A stretch of 64,000 bases of DNA, from NCBI GenBank assembly GCA_038087875.1, contig CM075998.1, positions 6,760,001-6,824,000 on the forward strand, written 5' to 3'. The translations under genes were made by a program, and so were the position numbers. Positions 12,401 through 25,500 of this stretch are shown piece after piece. Under the pieces are notes generated by a model. The model did not search any database. It was not told where the DNA came from and saw only the letters and a list, made by a program, of their open reading frames with translations. The stretch comes from Malacoraja senta (Eukaryota). The number at the start of each line of letters is the position of its first letter. The stretch's first letter is position 1.

Positions 12401-15400
12401 TAACCCCTTGCTTTTACTGCTTCATAAAAAATTAACAAGCAGGCAGTTGTTCAGATAATTATGTGGAATTACACTAGAGAAATAAATGAACGAGGAAGCT
12501 GAAATGAAAAATGAAAGAATGCTGGAAACACTAAGCAGGTCAGCCGGCATCAGTGGAGAGAGGAACAGGATTGGTGTTTCAGGTGGACCACCCTCCCTCA
12601 GAGCTGGGACCCTGAGAAAACCAGTGTGGTTTAGGTTGCAGAGATGAAAGTGTGGAGAGAACAAGGGAATGTCTGTGACAGGGTGGAGATCGAGCTGGTC
12701 CAGGTGACACCATTGTCCAGTTAATAAATGGATCAGGGCAGTCAGAGAGGGAGGGAAAAAAAACAGAACATGTTGGAACAGGTTAGCTGCTGGGAGCTGG
12801 AGACAAAAAAGGATGCTGGAAATAGCCAGCTGATCAGGCACCATCTGTGGAGAGAGAAACTGAGTTAAAGTGGATGACCTTGCTTCAGAACTGGCTGATT
12901 CTGACACAAAGGGTTGTCTGAGATTGTTGGATTCAGTAACAAGTACCAAAGGCTGCAACAGCCCCAAACAGAAGATGAGGTTCTGATCTGCTTAAAAGCC
13001 CTGCCCCACTGTACGAGTTCATTCAAAGAGCTCTCCCGAGTTTGCCCTGATTCGAACTCGGAGATTTACGGTAATGGCCGCTCGTCGGTACTCGGGGCTC
13101 TCGTGGACATTTTTCAACATGTTGAAAAATCTTCACGAGTCTTCCCGAGCTTACCGCGTTTCCCGAGTACCTGCCGTTAGCGTTACGAACCGCTAAGAGA
13201 CTTCCCGAGCTTCAACGTACCCGCTACGTACATTCTACGTGCTTACCACGAGTTTGATTTTTTTTTAAACTCGGGAGAGCACTTGAATTACCTCGTACAG
13301 TGGGACAGGGCCATAATTGTAGTTCAAAACTGTTATATTTGATCCTGACCATTTGCGCTGCTTGCAAAATGTCGCCACACTGCGCCGCCACTTTTTTCCT
13401 TCTATCAGTCCTCAGGAGTGACCCTGATCTTCCAGTTGGCTGTTAATTTAATCCTCTATCCCACTCCCTCTTGGACCTTTCTGTCTTTGATCCCCCCCAA
13501 CACTGCTCTAATAAAGCCCAACGCAAGCCCGAAGAACAGCACCTCATCTCCCACTTGGGCACGATGCGCCCACCTTTCTCCATTGGAATATCCACAGTAT
13601 TAACAGAATTAACATTCACCAAAGTGGCAGAGTTCAAAGCCTTGCAGGAAATTGCGTAAAAGAAAACTGTTGCCAACATAATATCCACTCCAGAATATTT
13701 CTCTCTTGAGGCCTACTTAATGCTAATAAAAAAAGCTTCCCCTTAGGTGAAGATTTCAAGGCAGAATATAGCCTCTCTGGCACGTCATCTCCCTGGTTTG
13801 AATAACGGGAAATGGTTCTTGTCCTCATCTTTGTCCATTTGATTACATTGTAATATAATGAACCTCTTGATGTGTTTTGCTGTCTGGAGTGTGTGCTGAC
13901 TGGAAGCCAGTCAGTGAGCTGGTCAGGATGTGTGGACCCTGCCCTCAAGGTGACAATTAGCAAGAAAACTTTGCTTCACGTCCGGGTTTAGAAACATTCA
14001 TCTACAAAGCAGGGATTGAAATAGATCGAGTGCAGACTTTGTGCTCTCCTGAGATCACCCTCTCTGAATTAGAAATAAACTTTGTAAAACAGTTTCTCCT
14101 GATGCTTGGGCTGTGTCACCCTCTCGGCATCCCAGATTTACTTTAGTTTAGTTTAGTTCGGAGATACAGCGCTGAAACAGGCCCTTCGGCCCACCGAGTC
14201 CGTGCCGACCAGCGATCCCCGCACATTAACACTATCCTACACACACCAGGGACAATTTACAATTTCACCAAGCCAATTAACCTACAAACCTTTTTGGAGT
14301 CTTTGGAGTGTTTGAGGAAATCAGAGTTCCCGGAGAAAACACACGCAGGTCAAGGGGAGAACGTGCAAACTCCACCGGTAGATAGGATCGAATCTGGGTC
14401 TTTGGTGGTGTGAGGCAGCAGCTCTAGCGCTGCCCCACCGTGCCGCGATAAAGATTAAAGCAAACTTTTGGTAGAAGACTTTGAAAGTGTACACTTACTT
14501 GAAGTGGTAGAAAATGCAAAGGGAAATCAATAAGCAGATGATGGAGATTCCATGTCCTGTGATGGCCACATAGTAAAGGTTCAATGCCATCTGCAGATGC
14601 ACAAACACAAACGTTAGATAGAAAGCCATCCACATACACGTACAGAGAGGCAGATCAATGCAACAAGGTCACTAACGCTTGGGGCCTCTGTTACCTCAAT
14701 CATGTTGGTATTTGGATAGGAGAACAAAGACAGTGAGTCAGCGTTGGAGATGAACGGCATCCTGTTCTCATCCAAGAGACGTGAGAGCAGCCTCAACAGA
14801 AGCAGGTTTAGTTAAGTTTAGTTTAGAGATGCAGGTGCAGGAAATCGGGCTAGGTTGACACCGCACCAAAGAGATAAATGCCTTCTATGTCTTTCGTGCT
14901 TTTCAAACAAAAATTGTTAACATATTTACATTTTTCTTATTTCAGTATTTACAAAATGCACACAAAATTAAAATGCAGCCATCCTAATCCAGGATGCAGC
15001 ACCCACTGGTCCCAGGTCTCCGCAGAGCCCTATATACCACATTCTCTCTTCACATTCACCCGGCCATAGATGTTTCCGTGATAGTGGACCAGGAAGCCAG
15101 CTCGGGTGGAACTGGATAGAGTGGATATGGAGAGGATGTTTCCACTAGTGGGAGAGTCAAGGATTAGAGGGCACAGTCTCAGAATAAAAGGATGTAACTT
15201 TAGAAAGGAGATGAGGAAGAATTTCTTTAGCCAGAGGGTGGGTAATCTGTGGAATTTATTGCCACAGACGGCTACCATAGACAGGAGACCAAGTCAATGG
15301 ATATTTTTAAGGCAGAGACAGATAGATTCTTGATTAGTACGGGTGTCGGGGTTTATGGGATGAAGGAAAGAGAATGGGGTTGAGAGGGAAAGATAGATCA

Positions 15401-18400
15401 GCCATGATTGAATGGCGGAGTAGACTTGATGGGCCGAATGACCTAATTCTGCTCCTAGAACTTATGAACCCACCAAAGCCCGCTGCTTGGACCTGTGAAT
15501 GGCCACTTTGGCTGGGGCCAGGTGAACTGACATGGTGGTCCCCAATCAACTCTCCAATTGAAAAGTCAGGGCCAACAAAATAGCCTCCTTACTGGAAATG
15601 GAGCTGAGGTAGCTCACGTGGACCCTCCCTTGTCACTCCAGGAGCCAGATGGATTTGTCTCCTAGAATCATGTGGGTTTCCAGCAGAAAGTTCACTGTAT
15701 ATCTCCTGCCCTGAGGACCAAGAAATTGTGAGACCTGTGGAGAGACCCTTTGCTGCGATGAGGCTGGCTCTGGCCATCTTCAAGTCAAGAATACGTTAAA
15801 TCCCATCACCAACACTCAGAGGAGGGAGCAGAGGCACTCATCGCCCTCCAGTCTGTTAGTGGCCCAAACAGGAGTCCCTTGAACCATCACTGCTCATTTG
15901 GAGCCAGGCCCGCGACCCTCCCTATCTTCTTGTGGATGGCGCAGACAGACCCATGAACAGCAGTAGTTCAAACCAACAAACAACGCAACAATTATATGGA
16001 ATAAAATCTCATACTCCACCTGGTAGCTTACTACTTAATGGTATGAACATTGAATTGTCCATAGAAACATGGAAAATAGGTGCAGGAGGAGGCCATTCGG
16101 CCCTTCGAACCAGCACCGCTATTCATTGTGATCATGGCTGATCGTCCCAAATCAATAACCCGTGCCTGCCTTCTCCCCATATCCCTTGATTCCACTAGCC
16201 CTTAGAGCTCTATCTAACTCTCTCTTAAATCCATCCAGTGGCTTGGCCTCCACTGCCCTCTGTGGCAGGGAATTTCACAAATATCCAATTTTATGTAAAT
16301 TATAACCCCCCCCTCAACATTCCCCCCAACTCTTCCCTGTGCCCCATCTTGATTTGCATCCATTTCTCCCCCCCCCCCCCCCCCCCCCTTGTCCCCTTCC
16401 ACCTATGGCTTCACAATTTGTGCATCTTCTATCATTATCTCACACTTTTCGTTTTTTCATCTCTGGGCTTTGTCCAGCCATCTGCCAATAAAGAACCCTC
16501 CTCACCCGTATTCATCTATTACTTGCCAGGCTTTCTTCTGCCCCACCTATCTTCCAGCTACCCTCCCCCACCACTAATAGTCTGAAGAAGGGTTCCGACC
16601 CAAAATGTCACCTATCCTTGTTGAGTTACTCCAACACTGTCTTTTTTTATAAACCAGCATCTGCAATTCCTCATGTCCGCAGTGAGCAGATGAATGAATT
16701 GAAAGAAGGGAGGTGGCAGAGAACAAGAAGATGTTGAGAGACAAATTGGAAGGAAAATAGTTGAAAATAATCTTTTTGGGGATGAATAGTGTTTGTAGTG
16801 AGCTGGAGATGAACACATCCACCTTACAGTCTTTGCCAGGTTTGAACCGAGTTTCTCACCGTTTTCATCCCCTGTGTGTACACCGTACACTGTGTATAGT
16901 TTGTCCACATCCGGTTACTCATTGGGTGTTGGAACCACCTTCCTTTTTCAGTGCAAATCTTGGTTACTTTTTCTGAATAAGACAAGGGTTACACTGTTAG
17001 CTCTCGTCAAACAAAATATCGGCCTCAATGCGCACAAAGCAAAGATAGACGGGAAGATAGCAGCACAGAATGTAATCGGCAAAATCCAATATTCATAGCA
17101 TAGCTGGACACAAAAAGCTGGAGCAACTCAGCGGGTCAGACAGCATCTCTGGAGAGAAGGAATAGGTGATGTTTTGGGTCGAGACCCTCCTTCAGGCTTC
17201 ATGAGAGATTCACCTCTCAGTAGCTGGGCAAGAAGATGATGAAATTATCATGTCTGAAGAAGGGTCTCGACCCAAAACGTCATCTTTGCTCCAGAGGTGC
17301 TTCCTGACCCGCTGGGTTTCTCCAGCATTTTGTGTCTATCATCGGTGTAAACCCGCATTTGCAGTTCCTATCTACACATTCATAGCAAGGCATTGGGTCT
17401 GGGAGACCAAGGTCATAGGAGGCTAACGGAAACCAACACTCACATCTGGCCTGTAAAACATTGTATCATTGTCCATGACAGTCTTTATTTAACCTTTTGG
17501 TATCCTTGAGGTGTGTTAAGTGGAATATAAGCAGTTAATATTAGAGTTAGAAGCAGTCGGTCTTTGTGCTGTAAGGACAAGTGGTTGGAAGAACATGCTG
17601 GTGTTAAATAGGAGACCAACGCTGACAAACTACTCTCTAAGTAGCTGGGCCAGGTAATGCAATTGGTGGCTCTCAGATGTGGTGATGAGGGCCAAGCATG
17701 TCTTCAGAAGTTAGGAGCAGCATTAGGAGGTAGAATTGGGTGTCCCTACTGTGCATGTAGGATATGACCCACTGCTACTGATGAAGGCACTCTGAGGAAG
17801 TACATGGATGGGACCAAGAGTAACTTCTTGGGGACTCCAGAAGTTTTGGAGTGGGGACAAGAAGAGAAGGCATTGTGAGTATGTCAGGGTAGTCAACAGT
17901 GGAAGCAGCTGTACTACACAGCTGGCCTTGGTGGAGAATAGCATCACTAACCATTTATAGTAATAGGGGACTCTATAGTTAGGGGGTCAGATAGGCGATT
18001 CTGTGGACGCAGTCAGAAGACCCGGATGGTAGTTTGCCTCCCTGGTGCCAGCGTCTGGGATGTGTCTGAATGTGTCCAAGATATCCTGAAATGGGAGGGA
18101 GAGGAGCCAGAGGTTGTGGTACATATAGGTACCAATGACATAGGTAGAAAAAGAGAAGAGGTCCTGAAAGGAGAATTTAAGGAGTTAGGAAGAGAGTTAA
18201 GGAGAAGGACTGCAAAGGTAACAATCTCAGGATTACTGCCTGTGTCACGCGACAGTGAGAGTAGGAATGGAGCGAGGTGGAGGATAAATGCGTGGCTGAA
18301 GGACTGGTGCAGTGGGCAGGGATTCAAATTTCTGGATCATTGGGACCTCTTTTGGGGAAGGTGTGACCTGTACAAAAAGGACGGGTTGCACTTGAACCCG

Positions 18401-21400
18401 AGGGGAACCAATATCCTGGCGGGGAGATTTGCAAAGGCTACTGGGGAGACTTTAAACTAGAACGGTTGGGGGGAGGGACTCAAATAGAGAAAGCTAGTAG
18501 ACAGTGTGTGAGGCAGGAGGCAGAGAAGGGAAGCACTCAGACCCAACATGTAGGGGAGAAAGAAGAAAAAGATAATAAACAGAGAAAAGAGGTACACAAA
18601 AATGCTGGATTTCGTTGCTTCAGGTGTGATAGAATTGGAGGGGCAAGAGGTGGAGGTGTTGCATTGCTTGTCAGGGAAGATATTACAGCAGTGCTTTGGC
18701 AGGATAGATTAGAGGGCTCGTCTAGGGAGGCTATTTGGGTGGAACTGAGAAATGGGAAAGGTGTAACAACACTTATAGGGGTGTATTATAATGGGGAGCG
18801 AGAATCGGAAGAGCAAATATGTAAGGAGATAGCAGATATTAGTAGTAAGCACAGGGTAGTGATTGTGGGAGATTTCAATTTTCCACACATAGGCTGGGAA
18901 ACACATTCTGTAAAAGGGCTGGATGGTTTGGAGTTTGTAAAATGTGTGCAGGATAGTTTTTTGCAGCAATAAATAGAGGTACCTACTAGAGAAGGGGCAG
19001 TGCTGGACCTCCTGTTAGGAAATGAGACAGGGCAGGTGACGGAGGTATGTGTTGGGGAGCACTTCGGGTCCAGTGATCACAATACCATTAGTTTCAATAT
19101 AATTATGGAGAAGGTCAGAACTGGACCAAGGGTTGAGATTTTTGATTGGAGAAAGGCTAACTTTGAGGAGATGCGAAAGGATTTAAAAGGAGTGAATTGG
19201 GACATTTTGTTTTATGGGAATAATGTAGTAGAGAAATGGAGGACATTTAAAGGTGACATTTTAAGAGTACAGAATCTTTATGTCCCTGTTCGGTTGAAAG
19301 GAAAGAGTAATAATTGGAAAGAGCCATGGTTTTCAAGGAAAATTGGACACTTGGTACGGAAAAAGAGAGAGATCTACAATAATTATAGGCAGCACGGAGT
19401 AAATGAGGTGCTTGAGGAGGATAAAGAATGTAAAAAGAATCTTAAGAAAGAAATTAGAAAAGCTAAAAGAAGATATGAGGTTGCTTTGGCAAGTAAGGTG
19501 AAAGTAAATCCAAAGGGTTTCTACAGCTATATTAATAGCAAAAGGATAACGAGGGATAAAATTGGTCCATTAGAGAGTCAGAGTGGACAGGTATCTGCAG
19601 AGCCAAAAGAGATGGGGGAGATATTGAACAATTTCTTTTCTTCGGTATTTACCAAGGAGAAGGATATTGAATTATGTGAGGTAAGGGAAACAAGTAATAA
19701 TAATAATAATAATAGATTTTATTTATATAGCGCTTTTCAGGACTCAAAGTTGCTTTACAATTGAGAGTCAGGAATAAACAAAACAAAATAGAGCAGTAAG
19801 ACAGAGGGGAGCGGAACATGGGACTAAGGGTATGCAGAGGTGAAGAGATGGGTCTTGAGGCGGGACTGGAAGATGGTGAGGGACTCAGAATTTCGGACCG
19901 GTTGTGGGAGGGAATTCCAGAGCCTGGGAGCTGCCCTGGAGAAGGCTCTGCCTCCAAAAGTGCAGAGGTTTGATTTCGGAGTGGAGAGGAGACAAGCTGA
20001 TGTGGATCTGAGGGACCGTGAGGGTTGGTAGGGGGAGAGGAGGTCAATGAGATAAGGGGGGGGGCAGGTTGTTGAAGGCTTTGTAGGTGAGGACCAGGAT
20101 TTTGTAGGTGATCCAGTGGGAAATGGGAAGCCAGTGAAGTTCTTTGAGAACTGGGGTGATGTGGTGCCAGGATTTGGTGTGGGTAATGAGTCGAGCGGCT
20201 GCATTTTGGACCAGTTGGAGTCGGTTGATGCTGCTGGAATTGATTCCGAAAAGAAGAGAGTTACAGTAGTCCAGTCGGGAGGAGATGAAGGCATGGATGA
20301 GTCTTTCAGCAGCGGGAGGTGTGAGAGACGATCTGATTTTTGCAATGTTGCGGAGCTGAAAAAATGATGTTTTGACGACATGGCGGATGTGAGGCTCAAG
20401 GGAGAGGGTTGAGTCAAGGATCACGCCAAGGTTGCGTGCCTGAGGAGATGGGGAGACAGTGGTGCCGTCGATAGTGAGAGTGGGGTTGTTAATTTTAGTG
20501 AGTGTTGATTTGGAGCCAATGAGGAGAAATTCTGTTTTGCTAATGTTTAATTTAAGGAAGTTGAGTTGCATCCAAGATTTGATGGCTGATAGGCAGGAGT
20601 TGATATGGGAGAGAGGGGGGTGGCGGGGGGACTTGGTGCTGAAATAGATCTGGGTGTCATCAGCATAGCAGTGGAAGTCCAGGTTGAAGTGACGGAGTAT
20701 ATGACCAAGGGGGAGGATGTAGATGATGAAGAGGAGGGGACCAAGAACGGAGCCTTGGGGAACGCCTTGAGTGACAGTGGCTGTGGCAGAGGTGTGGTTA
20801 TAGAGAGAGATGAAGTGGGATCGGTTGGAAAGGTAGGAACGGAACCAGCTGAGTGCAGAACCTTCAATGCCAAGTAGGGTAGCTATGGAAACTATGAGGA
20901 TCAAAGAAGAGGAAGTACTGACACTTTTGAAAAATATAAAAGTGGATAAGTCTCCAGGTCCTGACAGGATATTCCCTAGGACATTGAGGGAAGTTGGTGT
21001 AGAAATAGCAGGGGCTATGACAGAAATATTTCAAATGTCATTAGAAACGGGAATAGTGCCGGAGGATTGGCGTACTGCGCATGTTGTTCCGTTGTTTAAA
21101 AAGGGTTCTAAGAGTAAACCTAGCAATTATAGACCTGTTAGTTTGACATCAGTGGTGGGCAAATTAATGGAAAGGATACTTAGAGATAATATATATAATC
21201 ATCTGGATAAACAGGGTCTGATTAGGAACAGTCAACATGGATTTGTGCCTGGAAGGTCATGTTTGACTAATCTTCTTGAATTGTTTGAAGAGGTTACTAG
21301 GGAAATTGATGAGGGTAAAACGGTGGATGTTGTCTATATGGACTCCAGTACGGCCTTTGACAAGGTTCCACATGGAAGGTTGGTTAAGAAGGTTCAATTG

Positions 21401-24400
21401 TTGGGTATTAATGGTGGAGTAGCAAGATGGATTCAACAGTGGCTGAATGGGAGATACCAGAGGGTAATGGTGGATGGCTGTTTGTGACTAGTGGGGTGCC
21501 TCAGGGATCTGTGTTGGGTCCACTGTTGTTTGTCATGTACATCAATGATCTGGATGATGGTGTGGTAAATTGGATTAGTAAGTATGCAGATGATACTAAG
21601 ATAGGTGGTGTTGTGGATAATGAAGTAGATTTTCAAAGTCTACAGAGAGATTTAGGGCATTTGGAAGAGTGGGTTGAAAGATGGCAGATGGCAGATGGTA
21701 AATGGTAGCGAATTGAGGAATGCAGTTGAACAGAGGGATCTAGAAATAACTGTGCATAGTTCCCTGAAGGTAGAATCTCATGTAGATAGGGTGGTAAAGA
21801 AAGCTTTTGGTGTGCTGGCCTTCATAAATCAGAACATTGAGAATAGAAGTTGGGATGTAATGTTAAAATTGTACAAGGCATTGGTGAGGCCAATTCTGGA
21901 ATATGGTGTACAATTTTGGTTGCCAAATTATAGGAAAGATGTCAACAAAATAGAGAGAGTACAGAGGAGATTTACTAGAATGTTGCCTGGGTTTCAACAA
22001 CTAAGTTACAGAGAAAGGTTGAACAAGTTAGGTCTTTATTCTTTGGAGCGCAGAAGGTTAAGGGGGGACTTGATAGAGGTCTTTAAAATGATGAGAGGGA
22101 TAGACAGAGTTGACGTGGATAAGCTTTTTCCATTGAGAGTAGGGAAGATTCAAACAAGAGGACATGATTTGAGAATTAAGGGACAAAAGTTTAGGGGCAA
22201 CATGAGGAGGAACTTCTTTACTCAGAGAGTGGTAGCTGTGCGGAATGAGCTTCCAGTGGAAGTGGTGGAGGCAGGTTCGATTTTATCATTTAAAAATAAA
22301 TTGGATAGGTATATGGACGGGAAAGGAATGGAGGGTTATGGTCTGAGTGCAGGTAGATGGGACTAGGTGAGAGTAAGTGTTCGGCACGGACTAGAAGGGC
22401 CGAGATGGCCTGTTTCAGTGCTGTAATTGTTATATGGTTATATGTTATATGGTTATTTCAAAGGCTGCAGACCGGACCAGACAAAGTAAAAAGGATAAAG
22501 CTCCATGGTCAGAGTCATTCTGAAATCTCATTCGTTCCATGGTAACAGAACATTCTGAATAGTTTCTCTTACTCTTGTTAATACCTTGTCGTATTGTTTT
22601 TAATTCATGGAATCAGTGTTGCTAGCTACAGGTATGTTGCTCGCATTGATCACCCATCCCCAATTGCCCTGGAGCAGCCACAGCCATACAATAAAGCCTC
22701 TTCCACAGCACCGTTGGGTAGGGAGTTCTGGGAAGGGGGAGGGACGGAATATTTGATATTGATTTCTCTAACTTCGAGTAACACTTAGCTTTCCCTCTCT
22801 CTCCAGCCCTCCCCCTTCCCAGTTCTCCGACCAGTCTGACTGTCCCCAATTACATTTTATCTGTTTGCATTGTTGTCTGCAAGCTAACAATTAACTATTC
22901 TACAATTTCCTTGAACTCCATCTCTTTTGATGTCTCGTTTTCACATCTTAACGCTTCCTGATCTCTGTGTCTCCGTCTCCCCTGACTCTCGACCTGAAAC
23001 GTCACCCATTCCTTCTCTCCAGAGATGCTGCCTGTCCCGCCGAGTTACTCCAGCATTTTGTCTATCTTTGGTGTAAACCAGCATCTGCAGTTGCTTCCTA
23101 CACCTTGCACTTCATTTATTGGATGAAGCGCTGCAGCTGCCCAAATCTTTGTTGTGTTCTATCATTCATCTGGCAGGGTCAAGAGAGCCAAGAATGTTTT
23201 ATTGTCCTGTGTCCCAGATAGAACCATGACATTCTTACTTGCTGTAGCACAACACAATATGGAAACATACAGTAGTACACAATATGATAAACGAGAGGAA
23301 AAAAGTTCAGTGTGTATATCTACACATACCCACAAGTACACACACACACATATGTGTGTGTATATATACATACATATGTATATACACATACATATATTTA
23401 CAGATATATATACACATACATATATACACATATATATACATACATATATACACATATATATATACATACATATATACACATATATATATACATACATATA
23501 TACACATATATATATACATACATACATATATACACATATATATATACATATATATACACATATATACACACATATATATATACATATATATATACACACA
23601 TACAGTGGCTTGCAAAAGTTTTCATACCCCTTGAACTTTTCCACATTTTGTCACGTTACAATCACAAACGTAAATGTATTTTATTGGGATTTTATGTGAT
23701 AGACCAACACAAAGTGGTGCATAATTGTGAAGTGGAAGGAAAATGATACATGGTTTTCAAATGTTTTTACAAATAAAAAACTGAAAAGTGTCGCGTGCAA
23801 AAGTATTCAGCCCCCCCCGAGTCAATACTTTGTAGAACCACCTTTCGCTGCAATTACAGCTGCAAGTCTTTTGGGGTATGTTTCTACCAGCTTTGCACAT
23901 CTAGAGACATAAATTTTTGCCCATTCTTCTTTGCAAAATAGCTCAAGCTCAGTCAGATTGTATGGAGAGCGTCTGTGAACAGCAATTTTCATGTCTTGCC
24001 AGAGATTCTCAATTGAATTTAGGTCTGGACTTTGACTGGGCCATTCTAACACATGAATATGCTTTGATCTAAACCATTCCATTGTAGCTCTGGCTGTATG
24101 TTTAGGGTCGTTGTCCTGCTGGAAGGTGAACCTCCGCCCCAGTCTCAAGTCATTTGCAGACTCTAACAGGTTTTCTTCCAATATTGCCCTGTATTTGGCT
24201 CCATCCATCTTCCCATCAACTCTGACCAGCTTCCCTGTCCCTGCTGAAGAAAAGCATCCCCACAGCATGATGCTGCCACCATCATGTTTCACAGTGGGGA
24301 TGGTGTGTTCAGGGTGATGTGCAGTGTTAGGTTTCCGCCACACATAGCGTTTTGCATTTAGGCCCAAAACTTCAATTTTGGTCTCATCTGACCAGAGCAC

Positions 24401-25467
24401 CTTCCTCCACATGTTTGCTGTGTCCCCCACATGGCTTGTGGCAAACTGCAAACGGGACTTCTTATGGCTTTTTTTCAACAATGGCTTTCTTCTTGCCACT
24501 CTTCCATAAAGGCTCGATTTGTGGAGTGCACGACTAATAGTTGTCCTGTGGACAGATTCTCCCACCTGAGCTGTGGATCCCTGCAGCTCCTCCAGAGTTA
24601 CCATGGGCCTCTTGGCTGCTTCTCTGATCAATGCTCTCCTTGCCCGGCCTGTCAGTTTAGGTGGACGGCCATGTCTTGGTAGGTTTGCAGTTGTGCCATA
24701 CTCTTTCCATTTTTGGATGATGGATTGAACAGTGCTCCATGAGATGTTCAAAGCTGGGGATATTTGTTTATAATCCAACCCTGCCTTAAACTTCTCAACA
24801 ACTTTATCCCTGACCTGGCTGGTGTGTTCCTTGGGCTTCATGATGCTGTTTGTTCACTAATGTTCTCTAACAAACCTCTGAGGCCTTCACAGAACAGCTG
24901 TATTTATACTGAGATTAGATTACACACAAGTGGACTCTATTTACTAATTAGGTGACTTCTGAAGGCAATTGGTTGCACTGGATTTAATTTAGGGGTATCA
25001 GAGTAAAGGGGGCTGAATACTTTTGCACGCGACACTTTTCAGTTTTTTATTTGTAAAACAATTTGAAAACCATGTATCATTTTCCTTCCACTTCACAATT
25101 ATGCGCCACTTTGTGTTGGTCTATCACATAAAATCCCAATAAAATACATTTACGTTTGTGGTTGTAATGTGACAAAATGTGGAAAAGTTCAAGGGGTATG
25201 AATACTTTTGCAAGCCACTGTATATACACACACATATAAAAAATACACATATACATACATATACACATATATATACACATATACATACATATACACATAT
25301 ATATATATACACATATATAAATACATATACATATATACATATACATATATATATCCATACACATATATATATATATCCATACACATATATATATATATCC
25401 ATACACATATATATATATATCCATACACATATATATATATATCCATACATACATATATATATATATC

Positions 25468-25500
<33 letters not shown>

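Noticed and set aside
18026..18460. Host SGNH esterase gene
   Set aside because: It is the ORF1 esterase domain of the CR1, directly followed by APE and RT.
23154..23746. Several long Y/I/H/T/M/C-rich ORFs
   Set aside because: Translations of the TA/CA microsatellite; same for 25077-25618.
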